Positions 8,675 to 16,601 of a DNA stretch of 18,212 nucleotides are shown here, piece after piece. The position numbers and the translations under genes are program-made. Source of the stretch: an uncultured Aquificales bacterium (lineage in GTDB: Bacteria; Thermosulfidibacterota; Thermosulfidibacteria; Thermosulfidibacterales; Thermosulfidibacteraceae). Each line of letters starts with the position of its first letter. Positions within the stretch are counted from its first letter, which is position 1. The notes under the pieces were generated by a model, which saw only the letters and a list, made by a program, of their open reading frames with translations, had not been told where the DNA came from and made no database searches. The stretch is from assembly GCA_964411615.1 (NCBI GenBank), contig CAYPLO010000017.1:9710-27921 (forward strand). Reading direction: 5' to 3'.

Positions 8675-9431
8675 GGGGTATCTCCTCCCTTCTCATCTCC
8701 TCAAGGGCACCAAAGTCCGTAAGTTCCAGCTTTATGGGGGTGATGGAGACAAAGCCCTGCTTCACAGCCGCTATATCCGTATCCTCTCCGTTTCCGAGCA
8801 CAGGGTCATCGTCCACCGGAAACCCTCCTATCCAGTAGTAGACATTGCCCCTGGGGTCCCTCAACTCGTAGATGTAATCGGTGTATACGCGCCTGCCCTG
8901 CCTGGTCCACCTAATCCCCCTTATGTGGGATAGGTCCTTAACATCGGGAACGTTCACATTGAGAAGGGTTCCCTCGGGAAGCCCCCTGCTCAGCACCCAC
9001 TTCACCACCGATACGGCCACCTTGGCAGCCACCGCAAAGTTCCTGTACCCTCCAAGGGCAAGTGAGAAGGCCACCGACGGTATCCCAAGTATGGTCCCCT
9101 CCATGGCAGCAGCCACCGTTCCCGAGTAGGTTATATCGTCCCCCAGATTGGGCCCCTCGTTTATACCGGAGACCACCACATCCGGTTTAGCAGGAAGCAG
9201 CTTGTTGACCCCCAGTATAACCGCATCGGTGGGGGTTCCATCCACCGCAAACACCCTCTCCTCCACCTGCTTCACCCTCAAAGGCCTGTGGAGGGTGAGG
9301 GAGTGGCTCGCCGCACTCCTCTCCCTGTCAGGAGCCACCACCCAGACCTCTGCAATCTCCGACAGGAAGCGCTTAAGGACGTTTATACCGGTGGAGAAGA
9401 CTCCATCATCGTTGGACAGGAGGACTACCAT
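8655..9431 (-). CDS. surE: 5'/3'-nucleotidase SurE
   Basis: [41 protein letters not shown]. Start corrected to ATG 9431, because the ORF-track start lies inside the tRNA. Confidence 0.96.
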   Translation of the reverse strand: MVVLLSNDDGVFSTGINVLKRFLSEIAEVWVVAPDRERSAASHSLTLHRPLRVKQVEERVFAVDGTPTDAVILGVNKLLPAKPDVVVSGINEGPNLGDDITYSGTVAAAMEGTILGIPSVAFSLALGGYRNFAVAAKVAVSVVKWVLSRGLPEGTLLNVNVPDVKDLSHIRGIRWTRQGRRVYTDYIYELRDPRGNVYYWIGGFPVDDDPVLGNGEDTDIAAVKQGFVSITPIKLELTDFGALEEMRREEIPLEELRG

Positions 9432-9451
9432 CGGACCCCTTAGGAAGAGAG

Positions 9452-9528
9452 TGGTCGGGGCGACCCGATTTGAACGGGCGACCACTGGCCCCCCATGCCA
9501 GTGCTCTGCCAGGCTGAGCTACGCCCCG
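9452..9528 (-). tRNA. tRNA-Pro (anticodon GGG)
   Basis: CGGGGCGTAGCTCAGCCTGGCAGAGCA-CTGGC-AT-GGG-GG-GCCAG-TGGTCGCCCGTTCAAATCGGGTCGCCCCGACCA; 77 nt with CCA. Confidence 0.96.
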
Positions 9529-9539
9529 ATACTAAAAAT

Positions 9540-9627
9540 TGGTGCCGGAGGCGGGATTTGAACCCGCACGGGCATACCGCCCACTGTCCCCTCAAGACAG
9601 CGCGTCTTCCAGTTCCGCCACTCCGGC
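9540..9627 (-). tRNA. tRNA-Leu (anticodon GAG)
   Basis: GCCGGAGTGGCGGAACTGGAAGACGCG-CTGTC-TT-GAG-GG-GACAG, long variable arm (GGGCGGTATGCCC), GCGGGTTCAAATCCCGCCTCCGGCACCA; 88 nt. Confidence 0.96.
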
Positions 9628-9636
9628 ACTGGCGGT

Positions 9637-9669
9637 ATTCTATTTAACCCCGGTCCACCTGCTTGTCAA
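9637..9669 (-). promoter_or_regulatory. Putative sigma70-type promoter of the tRNA-Leu/tRNA-Pro/surE run
   Basis: Perfect TTGACA (9669-9664). An AT-rich TTAAATAGAAT block (9647-9637) lies 16-21 nt downstream, so the -10 register is ambiguous. Followed by GC-rich ACCGCC. Confidence 0.5.
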
Positions 9670-9691
9670 GAACCTACACTGAGGCTATACT
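9663..9691 (+). promoter_or_regulatory. Putative sigma70 promoter of the plus-strand unit
   Basis: TTGTCA (9663-9668), 17-nt spacer, TATACT (9686-9691), followed by the SD AAGGAGG before ATG 9714. Confidence 0.7.
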
Positions 9692-9713
9692 TCCGCCAAA
9701 AAAGGAGGGAAAG

Positions 9714-9983
9714 ATGAGGAGGATTCTGGTTCTTGCTTTGGCTGTAATGGTTGCATCAACGGTGTGGGCCTTCCCGAGAGGCGGGCACCACAGGCGCAAT
9801 CTCTTCAGGGAGTATTGCGAGACCAATAAGAAGAGTGAGGCCTGCAAGAAGATAATCAAGCTCATGGAGCAGATGAGAGAGGCAAGAAGAGAGCTCATCT
9901 CCGAGATGAAGGGGTACTGCGACGCCAACCCCAAGGAGGACTTCTGCCAGAGGCTCCACAGGATGCACATGAGAAACCGCTAA
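9714..9983 (+). CDS. Small secreted protein (89 aa) with two CX8C motifs, hypothetical
   Basis: Strong SD AAGGAGG; signal peptide MRRILVLALAVMVASTVWA; YCETNKKSEAC and YCDANPKEDFC separated by an amphipathic helix. Confidence 0.8.
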   Translation: MRRILVLALAVMVASTVWAFPRGGHHRRNLFREYCETNKKSEACKKIIKLMEQMREARRELISEMKGYCDANPKEDFCQRLHRMHMRNR

Positions 9984-9989
9984 CAGATA

Positions 9990-10883
9990 ATGGAGGTAAG
10001 ATACGACCCCGTCAGGGACCTGCATGTTGTAGTCTCCCCGGTGAGGGGCAAAAGGCCGGTAGAGTATCGGCAGGTCCCTGAGCATTCAGACCCCCATGGA
10101 TGCCCCTTCTGCCCGGGAAAGGAGGATAAGACCCCACCCGAGGTATACAGATATCCCCAGGAGGGCCCCTGGCGTATAAGGGTGGTTCCCAACAGATACC
10201 CTATAATCCCTGGGATGCACGAGGTAGTTATAGAGACTCCCGAACACGAAGCCACCCTGTGGAGCATGGGGATAGACCAGATAGAGATTTACCTGAGCAC
10301 CATTGCAGGCAGAGTAAGTGCCCTCGCATCACGGGATAACGTAAGGCACATAAGCATCTTCAAAAACCACGGCCACAGTGCCGGGGCATCCCTGTCCCAT
10401 CCCCACACCCAGATAGTGGCCCTCCCCTTCATACCTTCACGGGTTGAGAGAGAACTTAAAAGATTCAACAGAAGCTGCCCGCTTTGTGAGATGCTCTCCA
10501 GCCCCAAAAATGTGGTTATAGAGACAGAGAACTTCCTGGCCTTCTGTCCAGAGGCCTCCATCTTCCCCTACGAGGTGTGGATAGCTCCCGTCAGCCACAG
10601 GAAGCGATTTGAAGAGACGGAGGAGACCGAAGAACTGGCAACAGTTATCTCAAACTCCTTCAGACTGCTTAACAGGATACTTGGCAACTTTCCCTTCAAC
10701 ATGCTCGTAATAACCCCCGCCAGCACAGTAGCCCACAACCACCACTGGCGCATAGAGATACTGCCCCGCATAACCACCATGGCCGGACTTGAGCTTGCAA
10801 CAGGCACCTTTGTGAATCCGGTCCCACCGGAAGAGGCATCAGAGAGGCTAAGGGTCAAACAGGGTCCCGATGAAACTCCCTAA
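9990..10883 (+). CDS. galT: Galactose-1-phosphate uridylyltransferase (GalT) family nucleotidyltransferase
   Basis: R.KRP, CPFCPG.E, VPNRYP, G.HEVVIETP.H, FKNHG..AGASLSHPHTQI (HxHxQ active site), and AGLELATG..VNPV.PE. Confidence 0.88.
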   Translation: MEVRYDPVRDLHVVVSPVRGKRPVEYRQVPEHSDPHGCPFCPGKEDKTPPEVYRYPQEGPWRIRVVPNRYPIIPGMHEVVIETPEHEATLWSMGIDQIEIYLSTIAGRVSALASRDNVRHISIFKNHGHSAGASLSHPHTQIVALPFIPSRVERELKRFNRSCPLCEMLSSPKNVVIETENFLAFCPEASIFPYEVWIAPVSHRKRFEETEETEELATVISNSFRLLNRILGNFPFNMLVITPASTVAHNHHWRIEILPRITTMAGLELATGTFVNPVPPEEASERLRVKQGPDETP

Positions 10884-11817
10884 TCCATCCGAGCATGACG
10901 GTGGCATAAGAACCTGCGGGAAGGGTAAACTCAAGAACCGCCGTGTCTGATGATAGCTCCCATCTCAGGTTCTCAGGCCAAACCCTTATGGGCCTCCTTG
11001 AACCCTTTGCCCCCAGAGGTCTGAAGGCATCAAGGTCAATCCCCTCCCTCTCCATAAGCTCCCTTTCAAGCTCAAGGGCCTTACCGTCGGGAAGGGGCAT
11101 CCTGTAGCCCAGAACGGGACCTGTGGGAACGGAACCCTCAGGGTCCTCGGCAAACCTCAAAGGAACCCAGTACTCACCCTCAAGAACCAAATCCCCTTCA
11201 ACGGGTCCAGGATACATGCCCCTCGCCATACGCTCTGTGAGGTAAAGGTTGAAGAACCATGCCGACACGGCAGACACATAAAGTCTCTTCTGATAGGGAG
11301 AAGCCCTCAGTCTTTCTCCCCTTAGCAACCTCATGCCCCTTTCCAGATTCGCCCCGCCTGTACCGAACCTCTGTGTATCGTAGAAGTTGGGGAAACCCTC
11401 CCTCCTCAGCCTCAAGAGACCCTCCTCCAGAAGGGCAGGACTATTCACATCCCTCAGCGTTATCCGGAACCTGTTCCCTTTAAGATGCCCCGCCCTCAGC
11501 TTCCTCGAATGACTCAGAACCTCCAGCACCCTGAAACCATCACCAGATAGGCGCCTAAGTTCCTCTACTGAGTATCTCCTCCTGGGAACGCTCATATACT
11601 GAACCGCCACCGCCTGAGCATCCTTAAGCCCCAGATACCCCACATCCTTCTGTCCCAGGCCCAAGACTCTGGAGATTTGGGACACAACATCCAGGGTGGA
11701 GACACCCACCTTCTCAATCTTCAGCACGTAGTGGCCCTGCCCACCAAAAGACTCCCCGGGAAGCTCCTCCACCAAGAAGTCCTCGGGACGGACCTTGAAT
11801 CTGAAGCTGAGGCTCAC
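10855..11817 (-). CDS. truD: tRNA pseudouridine(13) synthase TruD
   Basis: FKVRPEDFLVEE, GLKDAQAVAVQ (catalytic Asp), GHLKGNRFRI, FPNFY..QRFG and FTLPAGSYAT. Confidence 0.93.
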   Translation of the reverse strand: MSLSFRFKVRPEDFLVEELPGESFGGQGHYVLKIEKVGVSTLDVVSQISRVLGLGQKDVGYLGLKDAQAVAVQYMSVPRRRYSVEELRRLSGDGFRVLEVLSHSRKLRAGHLKGNRFRITLRDVNSPALLEEGLLRLRREGFPNFYDTQRFGTGGANLERGMRLLRGERLRASPYQKRLYVSAVSAWFFNLYLTERMARGMYPGPVEGDLVLEGEYWVPLRFAEDPEGSVPTGPVLGYRMPLPDGKALELERELMEREGIDLDAFRPLGAKGSRRPIRVWPENLRWELSSDTAVLEFTLPAGSYATVMLGWIREFHRDPV

Positions 11818-12089
11818 CTTCTGTTTCTGCGCTTCTTCTTAGGTGGTCTCGGCTTGGGCTGATAACCGCAGGCCTCCGAACCGGAGGCGGCGTTCAGTGT
11901 TCAGACGGGGCCTCCTATCTTGCCCGTGCGCCTGTAGAGCCAGAACTGCCACAGCAGTATAAGGGCTCCCAGAAGGATGTAGACAACTGCCCCCTGGTTC
12001 CCCAGCTTGAGGTACTCCCAGAGGCCATCCACCACCATGAACAGTCCCAGAAGAACCCACATAAGCCCGCTGATTATCCTCGGGTCCAT
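11814..12089 (-). CDS. Small two-TM membrane protein; 62 aa if UGA at 11903-11901 is a stop, 91 aa candidate selenoprotein if read as Sec
   Basis: MDPRIISGLMWVLLGLFMVVDGLWEYLKLGNQGAVVYILLGALILLWQFWLYRRTGKIGGPV-[TGA]-TLNAASGSEACGYQPKPRPPKKKRRNRR-TGA(11816-11814). The final TGA overlaps the truD GTG. Confidence 0.65.
11872..11888 (-). promoter_or_regulatory. Candidate bacterial SECIS element
   Basis: mRNA GCCUCCG-GUU-CGGAGGC, a 17-nt hairpin starting 12 nt after the in-frame UGA, with GU in the apical loop and no U-tract after it. Confidence 0.55.
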
Positions 12090-12096
12090 GCCCTAA

Positions 12097-12819
12097 CTAA
12101 TACCACCCCTTACACCGGCCTGCAAGGTAGAGCAGAACTCCCGCCGCCACCGACACATTGAGAGACTGGGTGCTCCCCCTCTGGGGGAGACTCACCCTGT
12201 AATCGCACCTCTCAAGCACCCCCGGCCTTATACCCCTGTCCTCGCTACCCAGCACCAGAGCCATGGGCATATCAAAATCAAACTCAAAGGCAGAGACTCC
12301 CCCCTCAGGAACCGCCCCAACCACCCATAGCCCCTTCTCCTTCATCTGCTCCAAGGCCCTGGAGAGGTTCTTCACCCTTGCAACGGGCACCTTCCAGATG
12401 GCCCCTGCCGAAGCCCTCACCATCCCCTCGCCAAAATAGGGAGAGTTCCTCTCCTGAAGAACCACCCCATGGGCACCCACAACCTCAACGGTTCTGATAA
12501 TGGCCCCCACATTGCCCACATCGGTCACCCCGTCCAGCACCACCAGCAGGGCATCTCTTTCAACCCCGGAGAGCAACTCCTCAAGGGTGAGAAACTCCAC
12601 CTCAGACACCAGAGCGGCAACGGAGCAGTTACGTCCCCCAGCAAGCTCCCTCATCTTCTCAGGGGGCACCTCCAGAACCTTAACCCCCCTCTCCCTGGCA
12701 AGCCTCTTAACGGAGAGAACCCTCCCAGAACGGGCTCCCTGGCGAAGATAAACTGCATGGAGGGAGACCCCAGCCTTCAGGGCCTCCTCAACGGGATGAA
12801 AGCCTGAGATAACCTTCAT
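12097..12819 (-). CDS. rlmB: 23S rRNA (guanosine-2'-O)-methyltransferase RlmB (SpoU/TrmH family)
   Basis: N-terminal G.HPV.EAL substrate-binding domain; LDGVTD.GN.GAIIR, LVLGSEDRGI and SLNVSVAAG SPOUT motifs. Confidence 0.9.
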   Translation of the reverse strand: MKVISGFHPVEEALKAGVSLHAVYLRQGARSGRVLSVKRLARERGVKVLEVPPEKMRELAGGRNCSVAALVSEVEFLTLEELLSGVERDALLVVLDGVTDVGNVGAIIRTVEVVGAHGVVLQERNSPYFGEGMVRASAGAIWKVPVARVKNLSRALEQMKEKGLWVVGAVPEGGVSAFEFDFDMPMALVLGSEDRGIRPGVLERCDYRVSLPQRGSTQSLNVSVAAGVLLYLAGRCKGWY

Positions 12820-13574
12820 CAGTAGGCGTATATCTTGCCGTAGGGCCTGGTTGAGACGGGCTCAAGCTTCAGGAAGGGCTCAGACATTATCTGGTCAACA
12901 TCAAGGCCGTAATCCTTAAAGTCCTCACAGTACTCGGCTATAAGCCTTCTCAGGTAGTCCCTGTCCTCCTGGGTGAACTCCCTGACACCCACCTCCTTAC
13001 CGAACATGTAGGGGTCCACCTCACCCCTTATGTACATGACCCCACCGTGCATCCCCGTGCCCACAAAGTTGCCCACTATGGGCCTGTCATCGTCGTCCCA
13101 AAGGTTTAAAAGCACCAGGACCCCGCCTGCCATATACTCACCGAAGAAGTCTCCAGCCTTCCCCCCCACTATTATAACGGGGACCATGTCCTTATAAGTC
13201 TTCATGTGTATCCCCGTTCTGTAGCCTATGTCCCTCAGTATGTGGAGCTTTCCTCCCCTCATACCGTAGCCACAAACATCCCCCGCCATACCGTGGACCA
13301 CAATCTTGGTGCCCTCCATGGTGTTGCCAACACCATCCTGAGCGTTGTCATAGACCACTATGGTGCCCCTCTTCATGAAGACGCCTAAATCGTTACCGGC
13401 AACACCGTGGACCTCTATGTAAACATCCTCCATTATACCCGCACCTATGTAGCGCTGGCCGTTCACATTCTTGAGGATAAAGTGCCTGTACCCCTCCTTA
13501 ACCTTATCCCTTATCATCTGGTTGAGCTGCCTGTAGTACATCCCCTTGGCATCTATGACCAACGGCTCCTGCAT
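12819..13574 (-). CDS. Glutamate synthase GXGXG beta-helix domain protein (GltB3-like)
   Basis: NGQRYIGAG, repeated G.AGN.LG/AGD..GYGMRGG/AGDFFGEYMAGG units and GTGMHGG.MYIRG; lies in the glutamate synthase cluster. Confidence 0.9.
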   Translation of the reverse strand: MQEPLVIDAKGMYYRQLNQMIRDKVKEGYRHFILKNVNGQRYIGAGIMEDVYIEVHGVAGNDLGVFMKRGTIVVYDNAQDGVGNTMEGTKIVVHGMAGDVCGYGMRGGKLHILRDIGYRTGIHMKTYKDMVPVIIVGGKAGDFFGEYMAGGVLVLLNLWDDDDRPIVGNFVGTGMHGGVMYIRGEVDPYMFGKEVGVREFTQEDRDYLRRLIAEYCEDFKDYGLDVDQIMSEPFLKLEPVSTRPYGKIYAY

Positions 13575-13583
13575 ACCATCCTC

Positions 13584-14732
13584 CTAAACCTGGTACTCCC
13601 TGAACTGCTCTCCCCTCTCAAAGTCTTCAAAAAGGGCTATAACGGGGTCTCCCGCCTTTGGAGCCCAAACCCTGTCGGGGGAGGGACATATCTCCCTTAT
13701 GGCAGACTCCTCACTGGCCATGTAAACCTTATCGTCCTTAACGGCAGCCACAAAGGGCCTCAGCTTTATCCTGTCGTTAAGGCCCATCAGCCCACCGTTC
13801 CAGGAGACCAGAATGGCAAAGGGTCCATTAAGGAGGGCAGAACCATAAACCATCCTTATGGCCGTAAAGAGCCTCCTCTTATCCTCGGGCATCCTGTCTA
13901 TATCCTTCCAGAAGGGACTGGCCAGAGCGTAGGCGGCTATCCTCAAGGGCAACTTATGCCTTCGCACCATGAGGTCTATCAGATAGGCCACAACCTCGGT
14001 ATCGGTTCTCAAGGTACATTTATAGCCGAACATCTCCAGGTACCTCTTGTTTGTGCCGTAGGAGGATATCTCACCGTTGTGGACCACAGCCCAGTCAAGC
14101 AAAGTGAAGGGATGGGCACCACCCCACCAGCCGGGGGTGTTGGTGGGAAACCTGGTATGGGCCACCCAGAGATAGGCCTGGTACTCGTCTATCCTGTAGA
14201 ACTCCCCCATCTCGTCGGGCTCTCCAACCCCCTTGAAGGCACCCATGTTCTTACCGGAAGAGAAGACATAGGCACCGTCTATACCGCTGTTTATCTCCAT
14301 AACCGCCTTCATTACGTAGTCTTCCTCATTGAAATCCTGAACATCGGGAGGCTCTATGGGGCGAACGAAGTACCTCCACAGCAGGGGACTTTCCTGTATG
14401 CTCCTGGTCCTTCTCGTGGGTATCTCTTCGTAGTGGATAACGTGGAAACGCTTCCTTACATACTCCTCCGTCTCCTTGCGGGCCAGCTCGTGGTCGTACA
14501 TGATGTGCAGGGCGTACTCATTGGCGAACTGTGGGTATATGCCGTATCCGGCATAGCCCGCACCAAGACCGTTACCCCTCTCCTTCATGTGGGAGATGGA
14601 GCGGATAATCACCTCACCGGGTATGTAGTTCTTCTTCCGGGAGATGACCCCCGAAAGACCACATCCAGCTATATCCCTTGTCCTACTGGTCATCACCATC
14701 ATAGAGGCATACCCCCTTGTCATCAAAGGCAC
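13584..14732 (-). CDS. Class II (Ntn) glutamine amidotransferase subunit of split glutamate synthase (GltB1-like); exact start uncertain
   Basis: GCGLSG (Ntn Cys codon at 14663-14661), [49 protein letters not shown] and ASEE. Confidence 0.9.
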   Translation of the reverse strand: MPLMTRGYASMMVMTSRTRDIAGCGLSGVISRKKNYIPGEVIIRSISHMKERGNGLGAGYAGYGIYPQFANEYALHIMYDHELARKETEEYVRKRFHVIHYEEIPTRRTRSIQESPLLWRYFVRPIEPPDVQDFNEEDYVMKAVMEINSGIDGAYVFSSGKNMGAFKGVGEPDEMGEFYRIDEYQAYLWVAHTRFPTNTPGWWGGAHPFTLLDWAVVHNGEISSYGTNKRYLEMFGYKCTLRTDTEVVAYLIDLMVRRHKLPLRIAAYALASPFWKDIDRMPEDKRRLFTAIRMVYGSALLNGPFAILVSWNGGLMGLNDRIKLRPFVAAVKDDKVYMASEESAIREICPSPDRVWAPKAGDPVIALFEDFERGEQFREYQV

Positions 14733-16101
14733 ATATCTCCTCTATCCTGGCAGAGTAGCCTGTGAAGAGCTTTCTGTATCCGTAAGGGAAGACGGCCCAT
14801 CCGAACCGCCTGATTCCCTTCCTTGACGAGAAGTTCATGGGAGGCAAAGCCCCCTCAATGGGATAGACCGCCTCGGGAAGGCCCGGCCCATCCACAAGGA
14901 CATCCTTGAAGTATGAGACGTCCATCCTGCTCCAGATGAGCCCCGTGTAGAGGCCCGCCCTCCTCACATCACCCACAAGGGCGAACCCCATGAGCCTGTT
15001 GTTTCCTATAACCACCTTCCTGTAGATACCCTTCTCCCTGTCCACGTATCTGTATATCTCAAAGGAGCCCTCAATCTCATCATCAACGGCGCTCATACCG
15101 GCGGAGCAGACCTGAAAACCAAAGAAACCTATGGAGTTGATGGGAAAGCCTCCAACGTAACGGCGCCTTCCACCTGCCATGTTTGAGCCCGCTATCAACC
15201 CCTGCCTGTAGGCCACAGGCCACACAAGGTTGGGCCTCTTCTCGCCGAGAATCAGGTCGTAGGCCTCTGCACAGTCCCCAGCGGCGTATACACCGGAAGC
15301 GCTGGTCTCCATCATATCGTCAACCACCACTCCCCTGTTCACCTGCAAGCCACTCCCCTCAACAGGAGCGATGTTTGGCCTTACACCAACGGCCACAACC
15401 ACCGTGTCGCACTCTATCCTCTTGCCGCTTTTAAGCTCAACGCCACAGACCTCCCCGGAAGAGTCCCTCAGGATACCCACCACAGAATCGCCAAGGACAT
15501 ACTCCACACCTGCCTTGGTGAGCACATCCTCGGCTATGGCACTTCCCTCCTTATCAAGGACCATGGGGAGTATCCTGTCCATGAGCTCCACTATCACCAC
15601 ATCCTTACCGCACTTTTTCAGGGCCTCCGCCACCTTCATCCCTATCATACCGGCTCCCACCACAACCACCTTCCTCATCTGCGGAAGCCTCTCCTGCACG
15701 GCCCTCATGTGGTCTATGGTGGTGTAGGTGAAGACACCGGGCCCCTCCACTCCCTCCATAGGCGGCACAAAGGGAACCCCTCCTACAGCAATCAGCATCT
15801 TTTCAAAGGGCAATCTTTCGCCGTTGCTCAGGTAAGCCACCCTGTTTTCGGCATCCAGCCCTTCAAGGGCCACACCGTACTTCACATCAACCCTGTTCTG
15901 CTGGTAGAAGGACTCCCTCTTGTAGGGGAGCCTCCACTCCTCCACCTCACCGGCCAGAACGTAAGTTATAAGGGGACGGCAATAGGCGGTGGTCTTCTCC
16001 GGCGAGAGGACCACAATCTCCCCCTCAGGGTCCCTCTCCCTGATGGCCTGGATGGCGGCCACAGCAGCCACAGAGTTGCCAGCTATGAGATACTTAGCCA
16101 C
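14683..16101 (-). CDS. FAD-dependent NAD(P)H oxidoreductase (NirB/NADH oxidase-like), probable electron-input subunit of glutamate synthase
   Basis: [10 protein letters not shown] (FAD), [13 protein letters not shown] (NADH), [23 protein letters not shown] 16101 is best spaced from the SD AAGGAGG. Confidence 0.88.
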   Translation of the reverse strand: MAKYLIAGNSVAAVAAIQAIRERDPEGEIVVLSPEKTTAYCRPLITYVLAGEVEEWRLPYKRESFYQQNRVDVKYGVALEGLDAENRVAYLSNGERLPFEKMLIAVGGVPFVPPMEGVEGPGVFTYTTIDHMRAVQERLPQMRKVVVVGAGMIGMKVAEALKKCGKDVVIVELMDRILPMVLDKEGSAIAEDVLTKAGVEYVLGDSVVGILRDSSGEVCGVELKSGKRIECDTVVVAVGVRPNIAPVEGSGLQVNRGVVVDDMMETSASGVYAAGDCAEAYDLILGEKRPNLVWPVAYRQGLIAGSNMAGGRRRYVGGFPINSIGFFGFQVCSAGMSAVDDEIEGSFEIYRYVDREKGIYRKVVIGNNRLMGFALVGDVRRAGLYTGLIWSRMDVSYFKDVLVDGPGLPEAVYPIEGALPPMNFSSRKGIRRFGWAVFPYGYRKLFTGYSARIEEICAFDDKGVCLYDGDDQ

Positions 16102-16112
16102 CGACACCTCCT

Positions 16113-16601
16113 TTAACCCTCAACAAATGGTTCTTCCTCTTCCTCAGGCAACGAGAAGATAAGCTCTTCGGTTGTATCAAAGACCAGAGCCCTGTTTGGG
16201 CACGCCTGGACGCAGGCAGGCAGCTCCCTGTCAGGGCAAAGGTCACATTTGGCGGCCTTCTTGGCCCCCTCTTTGGGACTCACAGCCCCCCACGGACAGG
16301 CAACGACGCACATGTAGCATCCAACACATATATCCTCATAGACTATAACCCTTCCGTCGTGCTCCTTGTGCATAGCCCCGGTGATACAGGCCTCAACACA
16401 GTATGGCTCATCACAGTGCCTGCAATTGAGGGAGAAAGAGACAGGCCCATCAACCTCAACAGTGGTGAAGGACTGGGGCCTTCCCTGGAAGAAGGTGAGC
16501 AGCGGGTCCTTAAACTGGGAATGCTCTATGGCACAGGCCACCTCACACAGCCTGCAACCCATGCAGTTCTCCTCTATAGGATACACCCTCTTGATTCTCA
16601 T
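16113..16601 (-). CDS. 4Fe-4S dicluster protein (HydN/CooF/DmsB-like)
   Basis: CMGCRLCEVAC, CRHCDEPYCVEAC, CVGCYMCVVACP and KCDLC...PACVQACP. Confidence 0.92.
   Translation of the reverse strand: MRIKRVYPIEENCMGCRLCEVACAIEHSQFKDPLLTFFQGRPQSFTTVEVDGPVSFSLNCRHCDEPYCVEACITGAMHKEHDGRVIVYEDICVGCYMCVVACPWGAVSPKEGAKKAAKCDLCPDRELPACVQACPNRALVFDTTEELIFSLPEEEEEPFVEG

Noticed and set aside
9432..9485. surE N-terminal extension starting inside tRNA-Pro(GGG)
   Set aside because: Unlike the TIGR00725-like case, a proper ATG with an SD-like AAGGGG exists at 9431, directly before the conserved LLSNDDG motif.
7952..9627. tRNAs as integration sites for a genomic island
   Set aside because: No integrase or partial tRNA duplication is present, all three tRNAs are complete, and the flanking genes are housekeeping.
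11872..11888. Hairpin read as an intrinsic terminator
   Set aside because: No U-tract in either direction and it sits mid-operon. Its position relative to the UGA favours a SECIS, although this is not proven.
11839..12060. 73-aa alternative-frame minus-strand ORF over the small membrane gene
   Set aside because: No hydrophobic or motif signal, and no coupling to either neighbour; the 12089 frame fits better.
13407..14765. 452-aa plus-strand ORF
   Set aside because: Antisense shadow of the amidotransferase gene; no recognisable domain.
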